From an uncultured cyanobacterium (GTDB lineage: Bacteria; Cyanobacteriota; Cyanobacteriia; Cyanobacteriales; Cyanobacteriaceae): a stretch of 64,000 nt of DNA. Shown piece by piece: positions 17,762-28,085 of the stretch (its first letter is position 1; each line of letters opens with the position of its first letter). Below the pieces are notes generated by a model. That model was not told the origin of the DNA. It searched no databases and saw only the letters and a program-made list of their open reading frames with translations. The position numbers were made by a program, and so were the translations under genes. Where the stretch lies: contig CAVVOP010000022.1 of the NCBI GenBank assembly GCA_963749915.1, positions 224,001 to 288,000 on the forward strand, written 5' to 3'.

Positions 17762-19471
17762 TTATTTTTTAACAGCGGAAGGTTTACCCCAAATAACCGT
17801 TTCTCTGGTATAAATTACCATGCCAGGTTTAGCACCTTTTGGTTTATATACATAGCTGGGTTTAGTATAAATTACTGGCACTTGATCACTTTCTCTACCC
17901 TGACTATAATAGGCAGCTAAATTAGCGGTAAATTGTAAATCTTGATCCTCTGGTGCATCTCCAGCACTTAATCTTAGTAAGACATGGGAGCCCGAAATTT
18001 CCTGTGCATGAAACCATATATCATAATCCGTAGCGGTGCGAAAAGTTAATATATCATTTTGACGATTATTTCGTCCCACCAAAACTTCATAACCGCAGGG
18101 GGTTTGATAGTGTCGAGGATTCGATTCTTCTACAATATTATTAACTCGATATTGGCTATCTTCGATATATTTTTGACTAATTAATTCGGTTTTGATTTCC
18201 TGCAAAGTGGTTAAATCTTCCGTTTCTTGATAGTCTAATTGATTTAAAATTGTGGCTATTTGTTGTAAATAATTAATTTCGGATTCCACTTCTTCCAATA
18301 AAGGCTGAACCATTAATTTTGCTCGTTTTAATTTCTGATTTTGCTTATATAAATTTTGGGCATTTTGAATCATATTTTTATTCGGTGCCAGGTCAATTTT
18401 TACTGCTTTATTCGTGGTAAAGTCATTTAATATTATTTCTTTCATTCCCGCTTTCCATTCATGTAAGTGGGCCATTAATAAATCGGCTTTATTACTGTAA
18501 ATTTCGCAGTTATCGGAATCGTTTAATTTATCTTTATATTTATCTTTTTTGATTATTAGTTTATTTAAAATATTCTTGATTTTTTGCTGTATTTTTTGTT
18601 TTGATTGTCTAAAATTTTCACGATAAATTTGATTATTATAATAATTATTTATAATTTTATGTAAGTCTTTATTATTAATATTTTCATCTAAAACCGTATA
18701 ACCTTTATCAGTTTCTCGACAATTAAAAGTTTTATTTTCAATAGTTATTAACCAATGTTGCCAATTTTTATATAAATTTTGCCATTCTTCAGATGTTAAT
18801 TCTTGATTCGATTTTTCTCCTAAAATTTGCGATCGAGTTAATAAGTCTTGTAGGATGATGGAGCTAACTCCTCGATAAGTTTTGATTAATTGTTTATCAA
18901 TTCTACCTGGAATTAAACTTACTTTTTCCTGCCATTTTTTAAAAGATTCCGTTAGTTTTGGGGTCTCTCCTGGCAATGCAGGAGGTAGTTGATAGAATTG
19001 GCTAGTTTCTACTGTGCGCAAACTGGATTTATCGGCGGTGACTTGCTTGGCAACGGTAATAATTTGATTCTCGGCAGAGGTAAGAATCACATTGCTATAT
19101 TTACCCATTATTTCTATATATAAATGATGTAAAGGTTGTTCATTTGGGCGTTTTGCAAATTCAAAATCTACTACCCTCTCCCAATCTGCCACAATTTTTA
19201 CCCCAATTAAAGCATAACCGTTAATGAGATGTCGTAATTGCTCACTAAAAGTAAAGGTATCTTTGCCCCGAGGAGGAGGATTCCCAATGCAAATTCTAGC
19301 GGCTTGGGGATGCCATGATACCGTTAACCAAGCTTTATGATTCAGACTGCGCAGACAAAAACTGATAGTGTAGCGATCAATTTGATATATTTGTTCCAAC
19401 CTAGAAGGAATATAGTTATTATTTAATGAGTCACAGATAGCTACAAGGGTTGTATAGTCAACAGGTTGCAT
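17762..19471 (-). CDS. rqcH: ribosome quality control protein RqcH/Rqc2 (NFACT/FbpA family)
   Basis: EIMGKYSNVIL, central coiled coil, VGRNNRQND, WFHAQEISGSHV, KPKGAKPGMVIY. Confidence 0.92.
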   Translation of the reverse strand: MQPVDYTTLVAICDSLNNNYIPSRLEQIYQIDRYTISFCLRSLNHKAWLTVSWHPQAARICIGNPPPRGKDTFTFSEQLRHLINGYALIGVKIVADWERVVDFEFAKRPNEQPLHHLYIEIMGKYSNVILTSAENQIITVAKQVTADKSSLRTVETSQFYQLPPALPGETPKLTESFKKWQEKVSLIPGRIDKQLIKTYRGVSSIILQDLLTRSQILGEKSNQELTSEEWQNLYKNWQHWLITIENKTFNCRETDKGYTVLDENINNKDLHKIINNYYNNQIYRENFRQSKQKIQQKIKNILNKLIIKKDKYKDKLNDSDNCEIYSNKADLLMAHLHEWKAGMKEIILNDFTTNKAVKIDLAPNKNMIQNAQNLYKQNQKLKRAKLMVQPLLEEVESEINYLQQIATILNQLDYQETEDLTTLQEIKTELISQKYIEDSQYRVNNIVEESNPRHYQTPCGYEVLVGRNNRQNDILTFRTATDYDIWFHAQEISGSHVLLRLSAGDAPEDQDLQFTANLAAYYSQGRESDQVPVIYTKPSYVYKPKGAKPGMVIYTRETVIWGKPSAVKK

Positions 19472-19735
19472 GGGAATTAACAATTAACAGTGAACAATAA
19501 ATTAACTATCAACTGTGAACTGTCAACTGTCAACTATTAAGTACTTGTATGTAAATATATTCTGATGATTTATCGGTAACCCAATACTGATACTGTTGGT
19601 CAACTTAAACCAGAAGATAGAGGCTCTTATTGGAAAAGAACCGCGCACATTTCTTAGTTGCACATCGCGTTTTCATCGATTATAATCATAGGCTAATCAA
19701 TATATTGATATAAATATCATGTGAGGATAAAAAAA

Positions 19736-20290
19736 ATGAATGAAAAATTGAACAGCATACAAAAGTTTATGGGTTCAACTCTTGGAGCCTTGGTACTAGC
19801 TACTGGAACCTTAGGACTATCTGTTAGCAGCACTCAAGCCCAAGTAGAAATAATGGAAGAAGATGTAGTAGTGGAAGAAATTCCTTCAGACCAACTTGAA
19901 GCACTAATTGCCGTGGCAAAAATGGCAGAAGGACAAAGAACTTATTATAAAAAGAACGGTAAGTTCCTCGATGAAGTAAGTGAACTTCAGAAGTTGTTTG
20001 AAATTGAATTGCCATCTAGCTTCAATTATGCAGTTCGCACGACTGATGAGGCAGCCTATAACTACGTCATTCCCAAGGATAATTCTTCCCTTAAAGCCTT
20101 TGTTGGGTCCACCTTTCTAGCACCCGATGGCAGTGGCGAACTGACTACTATTATCTGTCTAAATAAACAGGCAGGACAAGATCGTCTTTCCGATCCTCAT
20201 TTTGTGAGAAATCCTCTGAATCCTCAACAGTTTGGTTTGCAATGTGGAGAGGACTCAGTCCTAGTACCAGCCTCTAAGCTTACTGAATAA
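19736..20290 (+). CDS. secreted protein with a type IV pilin-like G/H domain
   Basis: AQA-type signal peptide; Q..YY.KNGKF...L, FNYAV, LKAFVG, TIIC...C pattern. Confidence 0.6.
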   Translation: MNEKLNSIQKFMGSTLGALVLATGTLGLSVSSTQAQVEIMEEDVVVEEIPSDQLEALIAVAKMAEGQRTYYKKNGKFLDEVSELQKLFEIELPSSFNYAVRTTDEAAYNYVIPKDNSSLKAFVGSTFLAPDGSGELTTIICLNKQAGQDRLSDPHFVRNPLNPQQFGLQCGEDSVLVPASKLTE

Positions 20291-20521
20291 GCAAGCCAAG
20301 TGAGCTGCTCATTTCCGACTAACTTCTGAGAAGGGAATATTTCTACTTTTACGCCCCAACCTTTGAAGGTTTAGGAAAACTAGGGGCGATTTGGCTTGAA
20401 AAGTTTTTTCAGTCCCATAACCATAGGGGAATTGCCAATAGATAACCAGAAAAATTTATTAACACGATCTTCTTAAGTTACGTTACGATTAGTAAGATCA
20501 AAATTATGAGGAGTCTTAAAA

Positions 20522-20932
20522 ATGATTAAAAATATCTTGAAAATGTGTTCTTTAGCAGTTGTTACCGTTGCCGCTCAAAGTTTAGTTCCTCTGGTTGCCC
20601 AAGCAGAGACTTCTAGTCTCAGTGATGGTGTAATGTGTGTAGCTAAAGGCACTGTTAGTGGGAAGCGCATTTGGTTTCAAACCTCTGTCATTGATGATGC
20701 CACGATGAAAACTAATGGAACACCCGTGACAGTTTTGATCACCGAAGCTAAAACTACTGGTCCTGCCTCGGAAACAATGGTAGCAGGAAAGGGAACGACC
20801 ACTTATCTTGGCGACAACCGCTATAGTGGTAAGACAGAAACGGATACCCCGCTATCCTTCTCTCTATCCAGCAATTATTCCCACATTGCCTTGCGGCACG
20901 GTGACGACCTCTTTGCCGGAGTCTGTCATTAA
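20522..20932 (+). CDS. hypothetical secreted protein
   Basis: GAGGAG RBS; AQA signal peptide; N- and C-terminal Cys. Confidence 0.75.
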   Translation: MIKNILKMCSLAVVTVAAQSLVPLVAQAETSSLSDGVMCVAKGTVSGKRIWFQTSVIDDATMKTNGTPVTVLITEAKTTGPASETMVAGKGTTTYLGDNRYSGKTETDTPLSFSLSSNYSHIALRHGDDLFAGVCH

Positions 20933-21013
20933 TCTCAAAGAGATTGATTCCCCGTTGTAGATTGCCTCCCGCCCTCGCTACAACGGCTAGATTATATATT
21001 TTTTAAAACTATT

Positions 21014-21463
21014 ATGAAGCGTCTACCACTGCTAAAACTTCTAACTTTTGGTTTGATTTTAACCTCTGCAAACTATATCCCCGGTCATCTTGCCGCTCAA
21101 ATTCCTAAACAACCTGAAATGGAAATGGATGGTACAAATATAGATAATTTACCTAACGACCCACAGCAAATGACTACTTGGCTTTGCAATCAAGACACTA
21201 AAGAAATCGTCGTTGAAGTAAAGGATGTGGCTATTTGGCCAAAAATGCTTGAAAACGAAGGTTGGCAATGTCAGGAAACTTTATCGGCTATTCCAGTTAA
21301 TTCAGAAAAGTTTTATTGTACCCCCACTAAGGATATCGGTATTCTAACCGTATTTTGGGTCAAAGGGGAAGGTGGAAAAGAGCAAATGCAAGCTTGGTTA
21401 GATGAGTTAAGGAAAAACCAAGGTATGGTTTGTTATATCAACCACAATCAATTTTGGCAATAG
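21014..21463 (+). CDS. hypothetical secreted protein
   Basis: signal peptide; four Cys. Confidence 0.75.
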   Translation: MKRLPLLKLLTFGLILTSANYIPGHLAAQIPKQPEMEMDGTNIDNLPNDPQQMTTWLCNQDTKEIVVEVKDVAIWPKMLENEGWQCQETLSAIPVNSEKFYCTPTKDIGILTVFWVKGEGGKEQMQAWLDELRKNQGMVCYINHNQFWQ

Positions 21464-21541
21464 ATAGTTTTTAGCCTCATCGGCATTCAGTGCGATCATT
21501 TAATCATTATTAATTAATTTTTAGTCAAGAGGAAATTTATC

Positions 21542-22243
21542 ATGAACAAAATCACTTGCTATTTAATAACTCTAACCCCGTTCGTCTTTTCGGCATTCGC
21601 TTGGACGATACAGCCCTTGCCAGCAGAAGCTCAAATGCGAGGGGGGGATTCCCAGCAGTTCTTTGAGGAAGGGAACGAGCAGATGCAACAAAATATTCAA
21701 GACCTAGAACAGGAAAGAGAGAAAAAAGAAGAACCATTAGGAGAAACTCTCAGTATAGGCGAAAAAGACCCTAGTGAACCACAAATAGAAAAAGATCCCA
21801 CTAAACCAGAGGTTGAAGACGTTCCTGATCCCGGTCAAGAAAAACCAGATGTTCAAGGGTCAGAACCAGAAAAAGAGAAAAAAGAAGAACCACTAGAAAA
21901 AACTCCCAATGTAGGCGAAAAAGACCCCACTAAACCAGAGGTTGAAGACGTTCCTGGTCCCGGTCAAGAAAAACCAGATATTCAAGGGTCAGAACCAGAA
22001 AAAGACCCCACTAAACCAGAGGTTGAAGACGTTCCTGGTCCCGATCAAGAAAAAATGGATATTCAAGGGTTGGAACAGGAAAGAGAGAAAAAAGAAGAAA
22101 CATTGGAAAGAACTCTCAATGTAGGCGAAAAAGACCCCAATAAACCAGAGTTTAAAGACGTTCCTGGCCCCGGTGAACAACTGGGACTGGATGAAAACCA
22201 ACCTTTCGCCCCCACCGATGAAGAAGCAGAAATCAAGCTTTAA
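21542..22243 (+). CDS. secreted acidic Pro/Glu-rich repeat protein
   Basis: AEA signal peptide; four EKDPTKPEVEDVPGP-type modules. Confidence 0.75.
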   Translation: MNKITCYLITLTPFVFSAFAWTIQPLPAEAQMRGGDSQQFFEEGNEQMQQNIQDLEQEREKKEEPLGETLSIGEKDPSEPQIEKDPTKPEVEDVPDPGQEKPDVQGSEPEKEKKEEPLEKTPNVGEKDPTKPEVEDVPGPGQEKPDIQGSEPEKDPTKPEVEDVPGPDQEKMDIQGLEQEREKKEETLERTLNVGEKDPNKPEFKDVPGPGEQLGLDENQPFAPTDEEAEIKL

Positions 22244-22267
22244 ATTAACAAATAAGGGGAATTTTTC

Positions 22268-23020
22268 ATGTTTTATTGTTCTAGTTTATTAAAGGTATAT
22301 ATCATCAAAAATATTCGATTATTTCAATATTTATTAAGTTTTTTGACTATGGTTAGCCTCTCTAATTTAGAACTTTTATTCCCTAAATTAGCCCAAGCTC
22401 AAAAAGCAGATGATTTAGTAAGTTTACAATTTCCATCTGGGGTCAAAAATCAAATTTCTCTTGGTAATACTTGCCAAGATTCACACGGAAAACCCATGAT
22501 AGTTTTAATGCCTGCCATTAAAACTGAATCAGGGGGAACAAAAAACTATGGCAAAACGATTAACTCTAATCCAATAATTTTGATTTATGTACCAGAAAAA
22601 GGAAAAACAGTAAAAATACAAGTCAATAATGCAGATGGAAAAGGATTAGAGTCAAGAGTAATTAATCTATTCGGAGAGGCTGGTATTCTCAAAATTAATT
22701 TGTTAGCTTATAGTGAGCTAGAGCAAGGAGAGACTTACAATTTTGCTCTTGATTTAGTTTGTGACTCAGGGAAAAATCTCAATTTCACAGCAGAAATAAA
22801 AAGAGAAAATTTAGCAAAAGATATTGAAAAATTGCTTACTGAAGAAGAAGATACTTTGGCACAAATTCAAATTTATGCAGAGAACGATCTTTGGTTTGAG
22901 ACCTTGGCTTTAATGGCAGAAATTCGCCAAGAAAACCAACAAGAATGGGAGGAACTGTTAAATTCCGTTGGTTTACAAGCATATCAGAATGAGGTTTTTA
23001 TTCTTGATGACTCCAATTAG
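22268..23020 (+). CDS. DUF928 domain protein
   Basis: LMP...GKT...P.ILIYVP, LVCD, YAENDLWFETL, WEELLNSVGL. Confidence 0.8.
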   Translation: MFYCSSLLKVYIIKNIRLFQYLLSFLTMVSLSNLELLFPKLAQAQKADDLVSLQFPSGVKNQISLGNTCQDSHGKPMIVLMPAIKTESGGTKNYGKTINSNPIILIYVPEKGKTVKIQVNNADGKGLESRVINLFGEAGILKINLLAYSELEQGETYNFALDLVCDSGKNLNFTAEIKRENLAKDIEKLLTEEEDTLAQIQIYAENDLWFETLALMAEIRQENQQEWEELLNSVGLQAYQNEVFILDDSN

Positions 23021-23144
23021 GAGTTGCACTTCCATTGACAGCCCTTCTCCCCTCTCTCTTGATGCGCTACCAAGTGCGTCTTTCGCCGAAGCGGGCACTG
23101 CCTCCTGCCCTCTTCAAAATATTCAACCTTAAGAGGTATTTTTT

Positions 23145-23612
23145 ATGGGTTATCGTCCTATCCTGTTCGCCATTTTTGCTTCTTTAATCAGCTTTCCCTT
23201 CCCAAGTCAAGGGGAAACCTGTATGCCTCTGTCGCTGGTTGGCGGTCAAGGAAGTGAAGTAACTAAGACCGTCTCTCAACCTACCATTCCGGGTCCTTTT
23301 GGTGTTGATATTACTCGTAACAATTGGAATACTGATTGGGCAGTTCCTAGCGATCGCAGTTTCCGGAGTTTTGTGGCAACGATTGTTTCGGAAAAAGGCG
23401 GTTCTTTTGACATCAAAATGTATCTTAAATACAGCGACCAAACGGCTGGCGAATTTTACAACGCTAGTGGAGTTCAACTAAATTCGCGGGATCCCTTAAA
23501 AATTACGGCCGGGTCGCGTACAAATGATGAACCCTATCAAGTAAATCTGTTTGTTGGTGGCTTAAATCACATTGGCAATAGCTATAAGGCATCTGTGTTT
23601 GGCTGCTTATAG
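23145..23612 (+). CDS. conserved hypothetical secreted protein
   Basis: signal peptide; NNWNTDWAVP, YLKYSD, PYQVNLFV. Confidence 0.75.
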   Translation: MGYRPILFAIFASLISFPFPSQGETCMPLSLVGGQGSEVTKTVSQPTIPGPFGVDITRNNWNTDWAVPSDRSFRSFVATIVSEKGGSFDIKMYLKYSDQTAGEFYNASGVQLNSRDPLKITAGSRTNDEPYQVNLFVGGLNHIGNSYKASVFGCL

Positions 23613-23839
23613 CCGTGTTCAAATGAATGATAGAGTTAAAAACAGATACTTCCATTTATACAAAGGAAATAATTGGACTTTACTCAAATAAGCCATTAAT
23701 TCTTCCGGGAAATATAGATTGATCTTGATTTTTTAAGGTATGATCCCACTAAAATGTAAAATAATTGGGGACGTCAAGGGCATTTTTGTTGATTTTCAAC
23801 CCCCAATTATAGACAAAACTATTATGTGAGGAATTAAAT

Positions 23840-25276
23840 ATGGTACTTTCTGTTACTAAAAACTCGTCTTTGTCAGATTATAAAATCTCAAAACCTAGCG
23901 ATCACTTGCCCGATAAATTATTCGGTACAGACGGTATTCGAGGCAAAGTTGGGGATTTATTAACGCCTAATTTGGCTTTACAGGCAGGGTTGGCGGCGGG
24001 TAATGTTTGGCAAGAAGAGTTTAAGGCTTCCGAGGGTGTTGTTATCATTGGGCAAGATTCCCGTAATTCTAGTGATATGTTATCAATGAACATCGCATTA
24101 GGTTTGACCTCTCTAGGTTTGGATGTGTGGAATATTGGTTTATGCCCTACTCCTTGTGTAGCTTACTTAACAAAGACAACAGAAGCTATGGGAGGGATCA
24201 TGATTTCTGCCAGTCATAACCCTCCAGAAGATAACGGAATCAAGTTTTTTGGTTCTGATGGTACTAAGTTAGATCAATTGTTGACCAATGCCATCGAAAA
24301 GACTCTCCGCAAAAATATCGACAATGAAATTAGCTTAAACGGAGGTAAATGCGGTGAAAATAGTCAACAACACCATTTACTAAAAAATTATGCTCATTTT
24401 TTAAGAATGTCCCTCCCTCCTGATTTAGACTTTGGGGGAATGCGTATTGTCTTAGATTTGGCCTGGGGGGCATCTGTAGAACTTGCCCCTGTTCTATTTG
24501 AGGCTTTAGGGGCGGAGGTTATTTCTTTACATAATCGACCAGATGGCGATCGCATCAACGTTGATTGTGGTTCAACTCATTTAGAGAAATTGCAACAAGC
24601 AGTACAAAAATACGAGGCGAATATCGGATTTGCCTTTGACGGTGATGCAGATAGAGTTATGGCAGTAGATGCTAAAGGTCGTGTTGTTTGCGGTGACTAT
24701 ATTCTTTATTTATGGGGTAAATACTTAAAAGAGCACAATTTGTTACCTGATAACTTATTAGTAACTACAGTTATGGCAAATTTAGGCTTTGAATTAGCAT
24801 GGCAAAAATTAGGTGGTAAATTCTTGCGCACGGCGGTTGGTGATCAATATGTTCAAGCTGCCATGTGGGAAACGGGTGCTATGCTGGGGGGTGAACAATC
24901 AGGACATATTCTCTGTCATCATCATCATTTTTCGGGGGATGGCATTCAAACGGCTTTACAATTAACGGCCTTAGTCAGACAGCAGGGTAATTGTTTAGTG
25001 TCTTTAGTAAATAATAGCTTTATTCGGTATCCCCAAGTATTGAAGAATGTAAGGGTAGAAAACCAAGAAAAACGCTTAAATTGGCAGGATTGCTACCCAT
25101 TACAACGGGCGATCGCCAAGGCGGAAGAAGCCATGGGTCGTGAAGGTAGAGTCCTAGTAAGGGCATCAGGTACAGAGCCCTTAATTCGGGTAATGGTAGA
25201 AGCAGAAAACGAGAATTTAGTCAACTATTGGATAGATTATTTAGTTAGAGTTGTCGAACAAAACTTCAACAACTAA
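23840..25276 (+). CDS. glmM: phosphoglucosamine mutase
   Basis: [43 protein letters not shown]. Confidence 0.95.
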   Translation: MVLSVTKNSSLSDYKISKPSDHLPDKLFGTDGIRGKVGDLLTPNLALQAGLAAGNVWQEEFKASEGVVIIGQDSRNSSDMLSMNIALGLTSLGLDVWNIGLCPTPCVAYLTKTTEAMGGIMISASHNPPEDNGIKFFGSDGTKLDQLLTNAIEKTLRKNIDNEISLNGGKCGENSQQHHLLKNYAHFLRMSLPPDLDFGGMRIVLDLAWGASVELAPVLFEALGAEVISLHNRPDGDRINVDCGSTHLEKLQQAVQKYEANIGFAFDGDADRVMAVDAKGRVVCGDYILYLWGKYLKEHNLLPDNLLVTTVMANLGFELAWQKLGGKFLRTAVGDQYVQAAMWETGAMLGGEQSGHILCHHHHFSGDGIQTALQLTALVRQQGNCLVSLVNNSFIRYPQVLKNVRVENQEKRLNWQDCYPLQRAIAKAEEAMGREGRVLVRASGTEPLIRVMVEAENENLVNYWIDYLVRVVEQNFNN

Positions 25277-25284
25277 CAATTAAC

Positions 25285-25460
25285 AATTAGGGTTAGGTTG
25301 ATACTAAATCTCTTCCGGCACTCTGGCAAGGGTTTGACAGAGGCTAAACTACAAAATAATCTGATTTTTAGATCAAATACAGCGACAATGGTTGAGTAAA
25401 ATATTAACTCAGGCATGGAAAAGTTTACGGCAATAGACTTTTTCGCCAGAATCCAGTTTT
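25285..25460 (-). ncRNA. ssrS: probable 6S RNA (boundaries approximate)
   Basis: minus strand folds into a long rod: UAAACUUUUCC/GGAAGAGAUUUA closing stem, CCUGAG motif, central bubble, terminal stem with G-U pairs valid only on this strand; resembles cyanobacterial 6S as recalled. Confidence 0.65.
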
Positions 25461-25461
25461 T

Positions 25462-26736
25462 ATGGGAATCACAGTGAGTAATAGGCAACTTTTTCAACAG
25501 GTAAGAATTTTAGATCCTTTTTCGGCGATGGACAAAGTTAGTGATGTATTATTGGATCAGGGCATCATTACGGAAATTAGCGATCACATTGTTACAGAAA
25601 AAGATCAAACTCGATTAATAGATGGTAAGGGTTTAATTTTAGCACCCGGATTGGTAGATTTGTATAGTAGAAGTGGTGAGCCAGGTTACGAAGAAAGAGA
25701 AACCCTAAAAAGTTTGACAGAAGCTTCACAGGTAGGAGGTTTTACCCGCTTAGCTATTTTACCGAATACTAATCCCATCATCGATAATCCTAGTATTGTT
25801 ACATGGATAAAGCAAAAAACAACTCATTGCAAGACGAAATTTTATCTTTGGGGGGGATTAACTCAAAATTTAGAGGGGATTGCTATTGCAGAGTTAGCTG
25901 ATTTAGCAGAATCGGGAGTGGTTGGTTTCACGGATAATCATCCCCATAGTAATTTACAATTGGTGAGAAAATTATTAGAGTATGCCCAACCTTTTAATTT
26001 ACCCGTGGCTTTGGTACCGACAAATGTGCAATTAAGAGGGAATGGAGTTGTGAGGGAAAGTCGTACTTCTATTCGTCTCGGTTTAGTTGGAAATCCAGAA
26101 ATTGCGGAAACCGTTGCCATTGCCTCTATTTTAGAAATTGTTTCCCTAACGAAAACTCCTGTTCATTTAATGCGCATCTCTACCGCAAGGGGGGCACAAT
26201 TAATTAAACAAGCCAAAGAGAGTAATTTACCCGTTACCGCTAGTGTCAATTGGCATCATTTACTGTTAAACACTGAAATTGTCGCTAGTTATAACCCCAA
26301 TGTAAAATTTGAGCCTCCTTTAGGTACGGAAATCGATCGACTTGGTTTAGTAAAGGCTATTAAGGATAATATCATTGACGCCATCGCAGTGGATCATACC
26401 CCTTATACTTATGAAGAAAAAACTGTCGCCTTTGCACAAGCACCAACAGGAGCGATAGGATTAGAGTTAGCCTTACCGTTACTATGGCATAATCTCGTCA
26501 TCACAGGAGAATTGTCACCGTTGGAATTATGGCGCAGTTTGAGTGTTAATCCTTTAAAATGTTTAAATCAAGATCTTATTAAACTACAAGTAGGGCAACC
26601 TGCGGAGTTAACCTTGTTCTCTCCCCAACAGACATGGCAAGTTACCCCTTCTCAACTGAAATCTTTATCTTTTAATACTTATTGGTTGGATAAACAATTA
26701 AAAGGGAAAATAGTGCCCCTAGAAATAGGGTGTTGA
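25462..26736 (+). CDS. pyrC: dihydroorotase (cyanobacterial PyrC-like)
   Basis: APGLVDL, GGFT, PNTNP, AVDHTP, EEK; start may be GTG at 25474. Confidence 0.85.
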   Translation: MGITVSNRQLFQQVRILDPFSAMDKVSDVLLDQGIITEISDHIVTEKDQTRLIDGKGLILAPGLVDLYSRSGEPGYEERETLKSLTEASQVGGFTRLAILPNTNPIIDNPSIVTWIKQKTTHCKTKFYLWGGLTQNLEGIAIAELADLAESGVVGFTDNHPHSNLQLVRKLLEYAQPFNLPVALVPTNVQLRGNGVVRESRTSIRLGLVGNPEIAETVAIASILEIVSLTKTPVHLMRISTARGAQLIKQAKESNLPVTASVNWHHLLLNTEIVASYNPNVKFEPPLGTEIDRLGLVKAIKDNIIDAIAVDHTPYTYEEKTVAFAQAPTGAIGLELALPLLWHNLVITGELSPLELWRSLSVNPLKCLNQDLIKLQVGQPAELTLFSPQQTWQVTPSQLKSLSFNTYWLDKQLKGKIVPLEIGC

Positions 26737-26962
26737 TTTTTTACACCATAGTTCATACTGTTTTTATTACCAATGGCTTAGAATTATTTGTTTATTTAAA
26801 TATTATAGTTACTAATCTTCAAAGTGGTTTTATAATGAGTGGGAAACCTGACTTGAAGGGGTAACCATCAGCCCAATGAGGCACTGAAGTGGGCAGGATG
26901 AAAATCCAAAAAAGTTTAGACAATTTGTTGTCGCTTTAAGAAATAAATAAAAGGAGTAGAAA

Positions 26963-27667
26963 ATGTCAACAGTTTTTGATTTAATGGCGAAACCTTTGGG
27001 AAAAATACTAGAAGAAGCTGGGTTAATAAATCAAGGACAGTCACAGGTAGTTTTAATGGAGCAAAATATTTATGATAATTTAAAATTTGGTGAGATTTTG
27101 GTTCTTCATGGTTGGTTAAAGCAAGAAACAGCAGATTTTTTTGCGGAAACAATGCGACAACTAATCAAAAAAGAAACTTTTGATCTGCAAATTGGCAAGT
27201 TTTTTAAACAAGCAGGTTTATTATCAGAACAAGATATTCAGAGTATTTTAAATGAACAAAAAAACACAGGCATAAAATTTGGTTCTATAGCTGTATTGAA
27301 AGGATTTATAAAAGAACAAACGTTAGATTTTTTTCTCAAATACTTTAGCGGGACTCATGAAAAAAGCGATCTTCAGTATAAAGATAAGGACACCTTAACA
27401 GAAAGAAGATTATCTCTTCAGAATCAAAATAAATCATACCTATCTGATTACTACGATCTGGCTATGGCTTATTTTGCCAAAGCTAGTTCCGTAAGCACTA
27501 AATTAGAAAAGCTCAAAATATTGCAAGATTTTTTGAATTTGTACCACAACATTGAAAGACTGCAAATGCAAAATGATCCCGATATTGGAAAATTACCGAA
27601 AGAAGCACAACATCGGCTTGATCAGGTTTATGCCTTGGTCTTAGCGGAATTGGCTAAACTCCGGTAA
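26963..27667 (+). CDS. protein with MshEN-like repeats (putative c-di-GMP binding)
   Basis: PLGKILEEAGLI..Q, KFGEILVLHGWL, QIGKFFKQAGLL..Q, KFGSIAVLKGFI; AAGGAG RBS. Confidence 0.65.
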   Translation: MSTVFDLMAKPLGKILEEAGLINQGQSQVVLMEQNIYDNLKFGEILVLHGWLKQETADFFAETMRQLIKKETFDLQIGKFFKQAGLLSEQDIQSILNEQKNTGIKFGSIAVLKGFIKEQTLDFFLKYFSGTHEKSDLQYKDKDTLTERRLSLQNQNKSYLSDYYDLAMAYFAKASSVSTKLEKLKILQDFLNLYHNIERLQMQNDPDIGKLPKEAQHRLDQVYALVLAELAKLR

Positions 27668-27917
27668 CTGTAATTGCTTGAATGGGAAATATTATCATCC
27701 CAGCAATTTTTATCTTGTAGAAGTACAAAAGTAGCCTAAAAATTTTTACAGGGGACCGGAACTAAATTTCAGGCATTGCACCATTGGCGAACGATATACA
27801 ATTTTTTACGGAGTTCAAATAAATATTTATCTCGAGGGATCGCCTAATGTTAAAACTTTTATCAAAAAATTACGATCTAATCCCACAGATTTTTGGTTCA
27901 CGACTAGTATTTTTTAA

Positions 27918-27998
27918 TGCGGATGGCGAGACTCGAACTCGCAAGGCAAAGCCACACGCCCCTCAAGCGTGCGCGTATACCAATTCCGCCACATCCGC
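27918..27998 (-). tRNA. tRNA-Leu(GAG)
   Basis: cloverleaf GCGGATG...CACGC TTGAGGG GCGTG, long variable arm, GTTCGA. Confidence 0.97.
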
Positions 27999-28085
27999 AA
28001 AGGCTCACAACCCAGTATTATAGCTTATTGTTCTTGAATCAGTCAAGTATAATAAGGAAAAGTTTTTACGAGATGGCTGTCAGTA

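Noticed and set aside
25273..25497. 74-aa minus-strand ORF
   Set aside because: It coincides with the probable 6S RNA and has no recognisable protein features.
27670..27998. tRNA-Leu as an island integration site
   Set aside because: No duplicated tRNA 3' end or integrase was seen in the window.
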